From contig NC_042999.1 of NCBI RefSeq assembly GCF_006345805.1, forward strand, positions 14,756,001 to 14,820,000: a stretch of 64,000 nucleotides of DNA. The letters run 5' to 3'. Under the pieces are notes generated by a model, which saw only the letters and a program-made list of their open reading frames with translations, was not told where the DNA came from and ran no database searches. The stretch is from Octopus sinensis. Taxonomy: Eukaryota. Numbering within the stretch: the stretch's first letter is position 1; each line of letters opens with the position of its first letter. Both the position numbers and the translations under genes were made by a program. Positions 12,517 to 23,607 of the stretch are shown piece after piece.

Positions 12517-13919
12517 GTATTTTTGTCTGAAACTACCAATTCTGTCAGTTCACTGCTTTAACAATTGAATAATGATTTTATTAGTAATGACACATGAGCT
12601 AATGGTTAGGATGTTGCCCTCATGATGGTAAGATTGTGGTTTTGTTCCCCAGACCAATAGGCATGTGCTCTGGGCAAAATGCTTCATTTCACATTGGTCC
12701 AGTCCACTCAGCTGTAAATGTGTGCCAGCAATAGGTGGGGACTCAACCTTGTAACAGACTGATGTTCAAAGGGAAGCACAGTAATCTCAGTCACTTATAC
12801 GATCCCAGTATTTATTTCTTATATCTGGTACTTACTCTATTGATCTCTTTTGCTAAACTAAATTATGGGGATGTAAACAAACCAACACTGACTGTCAGGC
12901 AGGGTAGGGAAGCAAACAGACATTTAAACACACACAAAAAAAACACACATACACGTGTGACTTCCATATGGTTTCCTTCTACCAAATTCACTCATAAAGC
13001 AGCCTGGGGCTATAATTGAAAACTATGCTCAAGGTCATGCAGTGGAACTGAACCCAAAACCACATGGGTGCAACATGAGCTTCTTAACCACACAGCTATG
13101 CCTTAAACACACAGACACAAGCTTTTGGAAAAATTTCTTGGTAGACAGGGTTTGAAAAACGATTTTAAAAATTGCTATATTAAAAAAATCTTTAAAAAAA
13201 ATAAAAGCAAATTATTGTGTGAGCTTTTTCTGTTATTGATGAAAGTGCTTACATGTAGACTTCCATCAGGTTTGTGTTTACAATTATATAAGAATTTAAT
13301 GTGTGTGTATATATTCTTTGATTATAGAATCAAAAACAAAACATTTTCTATCACTTATTTACTTCATACTTACAACCTTTATATATACATGCGCATATAA
13401 ATCTTCAGATTTTTCTATATGCTACACCACTGGTTTTAAATTGATATTAATCAAATCAATATTCAATTTTTCACCCTTAATATATATATGTTATATGGTT
13501 CAAAACTGTACAAAATGGCAAGACAGGCAGGAGGCAGGTGAGGAAACAACAAACTGTGAGGCTACCAATGGTAACAATTGTTCAGGTGTTCCTCAGGGAA
13601 ATGTTTGTAGTCTTGTTAACCCAAAAATAGAGAATATTTAGCCATCAATGCAGAGCTTAGCACTCATTCTAACTGATTAATATCAACATATATATAAGGT
13701 GTCAAGCTGACAGAAACGTTAACATGCCGGGTGAAATGCTAAGTGGTATTTCATTTGTCTTTACATTTTGAATTCAAATTCGGAGGTCGACCTTGTCTTT
13801 CATCCTTTTGAGGTTGATAAATTAAGTACCAGTTGTGTACTGGGGTTAATCTAATCAACTGGCCCCCTCCCCCAAAATTTCAGGCCTTGTGCCTAGAGTA
13901 GAAAAGGATATTAACATAT

Positions 13920-13972
<53 letters not shown>

Positions 13973-14732
13973 CATACACAGCTAATGAGGCAGAGTGCTT
14001 ACATCTCAAGTGGTAGAAAGTGTTTATGCATTGAAATATGTTGCTTCACAGGGGTTCATAGCAGCCCCTATGTAAAACCTATAGTTATTATGCATCACCA
14101 CCTCACATATACTACATTGGTATGCATGCACTGCTCTCATAGGGGGTAGAGTGCATGTGGCATTTGAAATCATAGTGTAATGCCAGGGGTTTAGGGTCTT
14201 GTAAACACTCTTTGACTTTGTAACTAAGATCTATGCTGAATTTGTGCAAATTGAATTATGGGCCTTACTTAAGGCCACTATGTGCTATGAGTATAATTAT
14301 ATTATTCAGAAGCATACTTTAGTCATTCAGTTATTATGCAATGTCATAGACTCAAGCATTTCAAAGATTAAGTAGAAATAATTTTCCACACAAAATTTCA
14401 TTTCATCATTTGTTTTTTTCTACAACACGTAACCTATATTTGATGTCCTGCTTCCTGACAGACTTCACAATTCTAATCATTTGTTCTTTGAATATATAGA
14501 TTCTACATACAGCACAAACATTTATATAACATCTTACATATTTACACATAAGTGTACGCATAAACACTAAACACACAAACACATATTTATCACTGCCTGT
14601 TTTTAATTTTCTTCCGAAGAAAATATGCAATCTTTTCCCCTTAATTGTTTGAAGTGTTATCAGTTTAGAAATTCACATAATTTATTCATTTTACAATTTC
14701 CAACCATTTTGTTGTTGTTGTTGTTGTTCCAG

Positions 14733-14749
14733 AAATTCCTCCAATCTAA
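14733..14749 (+). CDS. Terminal coding exon (E)IPPI-stop
   Basis: Acceptor ttttgttgttgttgttgttgttccag|; phase 1 gives GAA ATT CCT CCA ATC TAA. Confidence 0.5.
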
Positions 14750-15462
14750 CATAGAATAACAAACTTGACGCATATGCACAATAGATATTATCAATGATTG
14801 CATCATCAGGAAAATATTGATTTTGTTTTTGCTCCTACCCTGATTTTTTGTTGAAGTAGGGCATAATCAATTGATTCTATTTCTCTTTCTAACTTTGATA
14901 TAAAGGACTACAAGTGATAATCACTGTTAGCCTGGCAGAATTTTGGCTCAAAATTGTAAAGAACTTAAAACAGTATAAAACAAGATACACAGTTTGAAAA
15001 GCAAAAGGGGTCAAGTTATTTTTTTATGACAAAAATCTGTTTTAAATATGTAACATGGTAAAGAGTAAGTTTATATTTTGAAGCAACATTTATATCAAGT
15101 ATTCTTTGTTTTTGGGGTTTTTTTATTAACCCCCAACCCTTTTCATATGACAAACTATTTTCGTTTTAGATTCTTTTCCAAATTCATCATGAGAAGATGA
15201 GAAGCATGCAATGAGCTGAATACTATTTGCTGGCTATGATACCTCATCTCCTCCACCCTTTCTTTCTTTCCTGCGGGAGCAACCATGTATCTTGTCTATA
15301 ACAAGACACCTATCCTTGTCTCTCTTTCATACTCTAGCAGCTCAACACCTGACACAAAGCTTCATTTTTCAGAATCCTTCAATACAGCAACACTCATTCA
15401 GTCAACTGAAGGAACATGACCTAGAGGTTAAGGGGTTGCATTCACAATTGCAAGATTGGGCA

Positions 15463-15778
15463 GTGTGTTTCACATTGCCCCCAGTGTGTTTCACATTGCC
15501 CCCAGTGTGTTTCACATTGCCCCCACTGTGCTTCACATTGCCCCCACTGTGCTTCACATTGCCCCCACTGTGCTTCACATTGCCCCCACTGTGCTTCACA
15601 TTGCCCCCACTGTGCTTCACATTGCCCCCACTGTGCTTCACATTGCCCCCACTGTGCTTCACATTGCCCCCACTGTGTTTCACATTGCCCCCAGTGTGCT
15701 TCACATTGCCCCCAGTGTGTTTCACATTGCCCCCAGTGCGTTTCACATTGCTCCAGTGCGTTTCACATTGCTCCAGTC
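15463..15778 (+). repeat. 21-bp minisatellite, about 15 copies (gtgtgtttcacattgccccca / ctgtgcttcacattgccccca)
   Basis: Directly visible; embedded in a SINE-D-like element. Confidence 0.95.
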
Positions 15779-16596
15779 CACTCACTTGCAAATGGGTAAC
15801 CCTGTATTAGACTGGTATTTCATTCAGAGGTAATGTGATCTTGGTCACTTATACCAATTTAACCAGGTAACAAGCCTAGGGGTTGATGACAATGATGAAG
15901 ACTGTCAAAGGGCCTTGTCTTATGAATTACTAGGTGACCTTACTGAGACTGGCGACACGTAAAAAGCACCCAGAACACTCTGTAAAATGGTTGGCATTAG
16001 GAAGGGTATCCAGCAATAGGAACCGTGCCAAAGTAGACATTGGAGTTTAGTGCAGTCCTCTGGTTTGTGACCTAGATCAAAACTTTCCCTCAAAACTTGA
16101 TGTTAATGTATTTTCCAGACATCAGTTTAAGCAATGCCCGAGTTATTTCATCAAATTCAATATTTTAAAAAATTAACTGAAACAAAAACAGTGTATTTCA
16201 ATAGAAATATGGAAACAAAGGGGCAACAAGTCATTCGATGATTTACGTTGGTATTTCTACTTGATCATCTGACTAGAAACAACCAATGCAACTAAGAATA
16301 TACTTGTCAGTTGATTTGCTTTGATTACTAGCAAACATGTTTGTCAAGTTGCACTGAATCCTGGGACAGCATTCAATACTATTAACATAAGCTGCTTGTT
16401 CATCAATACACTGTCTATTTTTAGCACATTTAAATGTATAATGAAAACTCCCCATTCTTAATGATAATGTTTTACATTATCATTAAGGTCTTTATCATGA
16501 CAAAAGATGGAAAAACTTATTTATATTAATAAGTTCTGAGTAGTTTGGTGTTTCTAGACAAAAAGTGTGTGTGTGTATGTGTGTGTCTTATCTTTT

Positions 16597-16980
16597 ATTT
16601 ATTTCAGTCATTCGTCTGTGGCCATGCTAGGGCACCACTTTGAGAAATTTTAGTCGAATGAATCGACACCAGTACATATGTGTTTTTAAAGCCTGGTACT
16701 TTATCAGACTCTTTTGCTGAGCTGCTAGGTTACAGGGATGTAAGCACATCAACATTAGTGGTCAAGTAGCAGTGGAGGACAAACATATGTAATGACACAC
16801 ACACACACATATATATATACACACAATGGGCTTCTTTCAGTTTCCATCTGACAAATCCACTCACAAGGCCTTGATCAGCCCAAGGTTATAGTAGAAGACA
16901 CTTGCCCAAGGTGCCATGCAGTGGGACTGAACCCGGAACCATGTGGTTAAGAAGCAAACTTCTTACCACACAGCCGTACC
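16597..16980 (-). mobile_element. SINE-A
   Basis: Same family; head-to-head with a partial plus-strand head at about 16995-17130. Confidence 0.85.
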
Positions 16981-17289
16981 AGCATATATACATGACATGG
17001 CTGTGTGGTTAAGAAGTTTGCTTTCCAACTACATGACTTCAAGTTCAATCCCAGTAGGTAGCATTTGGGGCAAAAGTCTTATATGACCATGATCCCTGTA
17101 AATGGATTTGATAGAAAGAACTAAAGGAAACCCACTGAATATGTGCATGTGTGTATTTGTGTGCATAATGGTGTGCATGAGTATGCATTGCCGAGATGGA
17201 AACTGAAAGAAGCATGTCATATCATTACCACATGCATGTGTCACAATATCAACTAGACCATCAAATGCTATTGTACACCACTGATCACA

Positions 17290-17444
17290 ATACACTTCCA
17301 ACTGTCTCAATTTGTGCCATTCTTTATTATCTTGACCCAAATTGCTCAACTAAATCGTCTTCCCATCATTGTGGAGGCCTTCCAAGTGGCCTTTTCTGAT
17401 CCCTTGGATACATTTGGCAACTGTGCTGGTCTACCTCCTATCTG
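17290..17444 (-). mobile_element. RTE-clade LINE 3' fragment
   Basis: Minus-strand translation YPRDQKRPLGRPPQ*WEDDL...G..*RMAQ matches the RTE C-terminal W.PR..KR..GRP..RW.DD motif. Confidence 0.7.
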
Positions 17445-18172
17445 ATTATATATTTATACTTACATATATAAAGAAAATGGAGAATGTGTACACAAAAAAA
17501 ATCAATTCATGTTGCCTATGTGGGTTTCAGCTTTAATTAAATCCATATTGTGCAATTAAACTGCATCATGAAGTTTAAAAGCAGAAGCCTTTGTCAGGGC
17601 AAGAGTTTATCAAAGTAGAAAGATTTTTTCCATACACCCTTAACGGATGGAGAGTTCATTCTAATTGAATTGGATTCAATTTTTTAAAATAGCTGGATGA
17701 TGATTTTGAACATTGGACATGGGATAGGCATAGTTCAGAAGAACTAGGTCATGTTACTATCCTCCCTTTTTAGTACTGCAAAAAAACAGCTTTTTTTACA
17801 AGCTAATCATTTATCATTATCTCTAAAATACATTTCCTATTACCACTTTATACTATCTATCATGTTCACAATACATTTAAAGGTTCTTATTGGTAAAATA
17901 TAAATCAAAGTATGTACTTATTTGTTATCATTTACTTATTTTTGTTTATTCTTATTTTAAGTTATATTAAAAAACAAACTATTTAAAAATAAAAGTATAT
18001 ATAGCTTTAATAATAAATATACTTCTGCTATTTTTAAATAGTTTTAGCTAAAGAATCCAACACAATGTATAAGCTACCTAAGAACTGTACCTCTACATAA
18101 TTAAATTGAGGAATAATGTAGGAACCCAATGAGATTTCTTTTCTATTCATAAAGTTTTAAAAAATTATATTC

Positions 18173-18546
18173 ATTGAATTTAAATAAATACTGTATGAAT
18201 AATACAATACCTAACTTCCTAAAGCTAAATATACTTTTTTTGTAATTAAATAAATTTAGATAAAAATAAACACTGTGTACATAGTAAATAATAATACATC
18301 TATTTCGTTAATTAGACAAGTATAAGTACAAACCTAAACTATCTAAAAAAATAATCTATATTAGCAACAACTAATATAATTTCTTACAATAAGAATAAAC
18401 AAAAATAATTCTTATTTACTATGCACACAGTGTTTATTTTTTATCTAAATCTATTTAATTACAAAGAAGGTATATTTAAATGTAGGAACTTAGGTATTGT
18501 ATTATTCATACAGTGGTTATTTAGATTAAATTTATTTAAATTCAAT
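18173..18546. repeat. AT-rich foldback, ~120-135-bp arms and ~120-bp spacer
   Basis: 18173-18291 is the reverse complement of 18412-18546 apart from one 13-nt indel and scattered substitutions. Confidence 0.85.
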
Positions 18547-19091
18547 ATATATATAAAATTGCACAATATGGATTTAACAAATTAAAACCAGTACACATGT
18601 CGGCAATATGAATTGATTATTATGATAATAAATACATTTACTCTGTGCTGGTGAAACGTAAAAGACACCATCCAAATGTGGCCGATACCAGTATCCCCTG
18701 ACTGGCTCCTGTGCCAGTGGCACATAAAAAGCACTATCCAAACATGGCTGGTCCCAGTACCCCATGACTGGCTCCTGTGCCAGTGGTACATAAAAAGCAC
18801 CCACTACACTCTCAGAGTGGTTGGCATTAGGAAGGGCATCCAGTTGTAGAAACATTAGCACATCAAATTGGAGCTTGGTGCAGCTGCTGGCTCTCTAGAC
18901 TTCAGTCAAACCACCCAACCCATGCCAGCATGGAAAATGGACATTAAACAATCAGAGTTGTAAGATACTAATTACTAGTGAAGAACCAATGATAAGCACT
19001 AATACATATGCACGGGTTTACGCTTGGATAAATATCCCAAGGAAAGAACAACCTTCTTCCACACAGACTTATATATATTCTTTCTTTTTTT

Positions 19092-19447
19092 CATCTTTTA
19101 CTTGTTTCAGTCATTTGACTCTGGCCATGCTGGAGCACCGCCTTTAGTCAAGCAAATCAACCCCAGGACTTATTCTTTGTAATCTTAGTACTTATTCTAT
19201 CGGTCCCTTTTTCTGAACAACTAGGTTACGGGGACATAAACATACCAGCATCGGTTGTCAAGCAATGTTGGGGGAACAAACACAGACACACACATAATTA
19301 CATATATGACGGGCTTCTTTTGGTTTCCATCTACCAAATGCACTCAAAAGGCTTTGGTCAGCCCAAAGCTATAGTAGAAGCTACTTGCCCAAGGTGCCTC
19401 GCAGTGGGACTGAACCTAGAACCATGTGGTTGGTAAGCAAGCTACTT
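19092..19447 (-). mobile_element. SINE-A, split: the 5' part of its head continues at 21383-21420
   Basis: Sequence stops at ggtaagcaagctactt and resumes ...taccatacagccactcc after the 1.9-kb insert. Confidence 0.9.
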
Positions 19448-19704
19448 TATTTCTTTTAAATTGCCATAAAGGCATTACATAGAGGGAGACACTACAACAC
19501 ATGTGGGGACATTTAATAATTAAAATAAAATATGATGCTATGAATGACACATGAAAATGAACATGAAAAACATTAAAATCAAAATATTAAAATAACGATG
19601 CATGAATGATTACTCAGAAATGAGTATATGAAAAATGTATTACTCACCCCACACTGAGTAACACCACTCGCCACCTCTGAGCCCGAGTCCTCTTTAGTCT
19701 GTAA

Positions 19705-19920
19705 CCCTTTTGTTACCAACCCAGCTGAATCTGGCTCTGTAGTACAAATGTTTTGTTTTCAAAAGTTCTGAATTAAAATCTTCCACCAAACCTTAATCAC
19801 AATTTATGGTCCTAACACTAGCTTAATGATAACTAAGTTACTTTACTAAATTCTTTGTTATATTTAAAATTAATTGAAAGAAACACAGAGCATCTCAAAA
19901 TAAATACAGTAACAAAAGGG
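19705..19920 (-). mobile_element. piggyBac-type MITE nested in the ORF1-only retroposon
   Basis: Same family as 4561-4782 in reverse; flanks gtaa / ttaa. Confidence 0.85.
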
Positions 19921-20908
19921 TTAATCTATTCTTTCCTTTACCGTTTTCCCCATCGCTGAGTGACAACACTCTCTCCTCCATGTACACATAACCTTTTTCA
20001 CCAGGGGAGGGGTCTCATAAATTTTGTGGTGTCTGTTCTTTTTTTTCCTGTGAGGAGAGTGGGTGGGTGGGTTTGGTGTCTGTATGGGGAGGGTGGGTCT
20101 GAGTGGTCTTGGGTGAGATGGAGTTGGTCTGGGGTCCCACATCACACTGACTGTTCTTTCTCTTTTTCCTTTTATTCTCTGTCACTGTCCATTCATCCTC
20201 CTTGTTCCATCCATCTATCTGTACTTCTTCCTTTTTCTCCTCCGTCTCCACCACCGTTTTATTCTGTTGTTTTCCTCTGTAGAGGGCAGTGCACTCTAAT
20301 GTGGCCCTTTTGGCCACATTTAAAGCAGCGTGGGATTTTGTCCTCCAGCCTTACTCTTGGAACTATCTCGTCCAATGATACTGTCTCTGCTAATTTTTCC
20401 AATTGTTTTTCCTCGGCCTGAATGATAAGTTCAAGCGACTTCTCTTTAAATCTTCCTTCTTCCGCTTCTGTGACCTGGAGGACAGCCACTTCCTCCTCAC
20501 TTCCAATGAGGACAGCTGCCGCAACCCAAGCCACATCTATATCAGGCGGGATTCCTTCTACCCTTATCTTGGAAGTCCTTCTTCCAAGATACATGGGTAG
20601 AAGGACCACTTCCTCCGTCTTTACTGTTTTACTCGCCAGCCTCCTTCTGTGTTCTAAACTGGACTACCATTGTCCCACACTGGCATCCTCTTGTCATGTA
20701 TATTACTCCGTTGGATTCCTCCTTTACTGCCTTTTCTATTTTCTCTATTTCTATTTGGTCTACCATCTTACACTTTATCAAGTAAACTCTGTATATGACT
20801 GTTCTTTTAATACCATCCATGATTCTTTGTGTGTGTGGGGGGGGGGGGGGTGACACTGTCATGTTGCCTCCCACTTTCTTCAACATTTTTCTGTGCTCCT
20901 TCATTCTT

Positions 20909-21140
20909 TTTTTTTACTGCCCACAACGGGCTAAACACAGAGGGGACAAACAAGGACAGACAAACGGATTAAGTCAATTATATCAACCCCAGTGCATAAC
21001 TGGTACTTATTTAATTGACCCTGAAAGGATGAAAGGCAAAGTTGACCTTGGCAGAATTTGAACTCAGAACGTAGCGGCAAATGAAATACCGCTAAGCATT
21101 TCGCCTGGTGTGCTAACGTTTCTGCCAGCTCAACACCTTC
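20909..21140 (-). mobile_element. SINE-B nested in ORF1 of the ORF1-only retroposon
   Basis: 16-bp TSD gtgctccttcattctt (20893-20908, 21141-21156). Confidence 0.9.
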
Positions 21141-21782
21141 GTGCTCCTTCATTCTTGACAGGTCTACTTCTCCTCCACAGCCTCAGTGAAACTCTTCATT
21201 TTCTTCAAACATTCATCCATGCCTTCTACTGCTCTCATCAGCTGCCCCTCTGAAGAAGACAGTTCAGACCCGCTAAGGTCTGAGTACATCATGTCTACAC
21301 CCAAAGCAGCAAAAGAAATAAATAAATAATGTCCGACTCACACAAACGACAAACCAAATGCACTCTGGGTAACCGGAAGCCAGGTAAGCAAGCTACTTAC
21401 CATACAGCCACTCCTGTGTCTATATATATATATATGGGTGTGTGTGTGAGTATTTATATCTCCTTGATTGGACATCATGGATTAATTACAAATGAGTATC
21501 ACTTGTCTTCAAGCTGAAACATTTGTTTCCAGTCTTACATGAAAAACGTCTTGCCATGAGGGAATATTATTTTGCTTGAAAACAGGTAAGGGTTGGTGAC
21601 AGAAAGGGTATCCAGCTGTAAAAAATCTGCTTTAACAAGTTTCCTCAAATCCATGAAAGTATGGAAAAGCATGGATTTAATGCAGTGGTTCCCAACCATT
21701 TTTTTTGCCTATGGATTCCTTTGATTCCTATTTTACTCAGGTGAATCGTCATAGTCATTCAGTTTATTATAATTATACTTGT

Positions 21783-22120
21783 GAGGGCACAAGGCTCAAT
21801 GGTTAGAGCATTGGGACTTATAATATTGAGGTTGTGAGTTCAATTCCAGGGCCAAGCTAGTGTTGTGTTCTCGAGCAAGACACTTTATTTCACGTTGCTC
21901 CACTTTACTCAGCTGTAGAAATGAGTTGTGACATCACTGGTGCCAAGCTGTATTGGCCCCTTTGCCTTTTCCTTGGATAATTCTGTAGCATGGAGAGGGA
22001 GACTGGTATGCATGGGAAACTGCTAGTCTTCCAAAAACAACCTTGCCTGGACTGGTGCCTTAGAGGGAAACTTTCTATATGCAATCCCATGGTCATTCAT
22101 GACCAAACAGGGGTCTTATC
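21783..22120 (+). mobile_element. SINE-D (tRNA head plus ttgtgttctcgagcaagacact...cactcagctgt central domain)
   Basis: A-box ggctcaatggttag, B-box gagttcaattcc. Related degenerate copies at about 12595-12725, 15420-15830, 27540-27690 and a head at 62355-62429. Confidence 0.75.
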
Positions 22121-22148
22121 CTAATTATACTGTCATAATTAAATATTA

Positions 22149-22517
22149 CTAGCAGTATCGCCCGGCATTGCTCGGGTTTGTTTCCATTGGAATTTTTGAA
22201 AAGTAAAAAATTTTGCATTATGTAGCTTGTTATTCTCTTTAAGTGAACATTTTTCTGGTTGAAATACACCGAAAAATAGCGACACAGCAGTGAAAAAATC
22301 TTTAAAAATAGGGATTTTCATAGAAAAAAAGCACCTTTTCGATGTAAATAATTTTTGGTGTTAACATGGCCCGATTTGAATTTTTTCTTCTACAGAAGGA
22401 AGAGCAAACCTATCGTACTCTCAACTTGCACTGCAGGGTCTCGGAGGAAATAGTGTTAGTTGAAGGCTTCCAAACCTGCCATACACAGACAACTTCAGCT
22501 TTATATATATAGAGAGA
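22149..22517 (-). mobile_element. Non-autonomous Helitron
   Basis: On the minus strand A|TC start, CTAG|T end, subterminal hairpin cccgagcaatgccggg. Confidence 0.85.
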
Positions 22518-23077
22518 TAAGGAATTGTATAAAAACAATTGTTACAATATAGCCAATTTATTGTGGATAAATTTTAACATCTTATATGGACCCCCTAGAG
22601 TCATGTGGACTGTTTGAGAACCACAGATTTTAAATAGTCCTTCTCCATTAAATCTTTCCGCTTATTTAACTTCCAGTCTTTTAACTGATTTCTATCAATA
22701 GTACATGACCTTTGATAGCAGTTTACTGCCTTAAGATAAATAACTACTTAAAGAAATTAAAATCTATTCATGTCAGTAACACTGAGTTATAAATTCACAA
22801 CCTTTGGGTCATAAAAGGTCAAATACGAGCTATTTAGTTCAAGAAGTAAAAGAACAAAGATGAAAGAGAGCAAAGAAAACGGATTTTGGAAAGATTTCAA
22901 ATATTTTAAGTAAAAATAAAATGGCAAACTTTCTATTTCTTGATCACAAGTTCTGGAAATTATTTAAAATATTATTATTTAACCGCATTTTTAGTTTTAC
23001 ATTTTATGTTACTATGAGAACACGATTGTTATATGTTCTCACTAGAGGTGATTCTGGGTTTCTATATATTGTTATAC

Positions 23078-23311
23078 TTATTTCTTTACTACCCACAAGG
23101 GGCTAAATACAGAGGGGACAAACAAGGACAGACAAACGGATTAAGTCGATTACACCAACCCCAGTGCGTAACTGGTACTTATTTCATCGGCTCTGAAAGG
23201 ATGAAAGGCAAAGTCGACCTCGGCGGAATTTGAACTCAGAACGTAGCGGCAGAAGAAATACCGCAAAGCATTTCGCCCGGCGTGCTAATGATTCTGCCAG
23301 CTCGTCGCCTT
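23078..23311 (-). mobile_element. SINE-B monomer
   Basis: Full head, core and tail; flanked by gtttctata(t/a)atattgttata-like duplication. Confidence 0.9.
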
Positions 23312-23607
23312 GTTTCTATAAATATTGTTATATCCATCAGCATAGCAGAAACCGAATGCTGAATTTTAAAATTGTTTTTGTAATGTTGGCATCCTTAAAT
23401 TTAGGTTAAAACAGAAAAAGAATAGAAATTGATGTCATTACACACAAACACATGTACATATACATTACATATCACATACACACACATTAAAATTTTAGTC
23501 TATTTTGAGTTTTGAGTCTCCCCACCAGTAAATGTGTTACTTCTTAAAGCTGCTTTAAAATAACAACCTTAAATATACACAAATGTGTTATCTGTTGTCC
23601 ATATGTA

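Larger units (their letters stand above)
19448..21382 (-). mobile_element. ORF1-only (HAL1-like) non-autonomous non-LTR retroposon, full length, decayed
   Basis: 16-bp TSD ggtaagcaagctactt (19432-19447 and 21383-21398). ATG at 21292. Reconstructed ORF with CFKCGQKGHIRVHC zinc knuckle (ORFs 20629..20904, 20259..20609, 20015..20317). 3' end ...aaaagaaataa; no EN/RT similarity seen. Confidence 0.75.

Noticed and set aside
15292-15833. Three overlapping repeat ORFs (CFTLPPL, GGNVKHS, HIAPTVL)
   Set aside because: Artefact of a stop-free 21-bp (7-codon) minisatellite inside a SINE.
16273-16455. Cys-rich ORF starting like an LDLa repeat (FKCAKNRQCID)
   Set aside because: Lacks the D-C-x-D-x-S-D-E half of the motif and has no good splice sites.
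17760-18560. Possible mitochondrial insertion (very AT-rich)
   Set aside because: No recognisable mitochondrial gene, tRNA or rRNA motif; the structure is explained by inverted repeats. A BLASTn to the mitogenome would settle it.
22838-22909. Candidate plus-strand 72-nt exon (SRSKRTKMKESKENGFWKDFKYF)
   Set aside because: Weak acceptor and no partner exons found; cannot be supported without transcripts.
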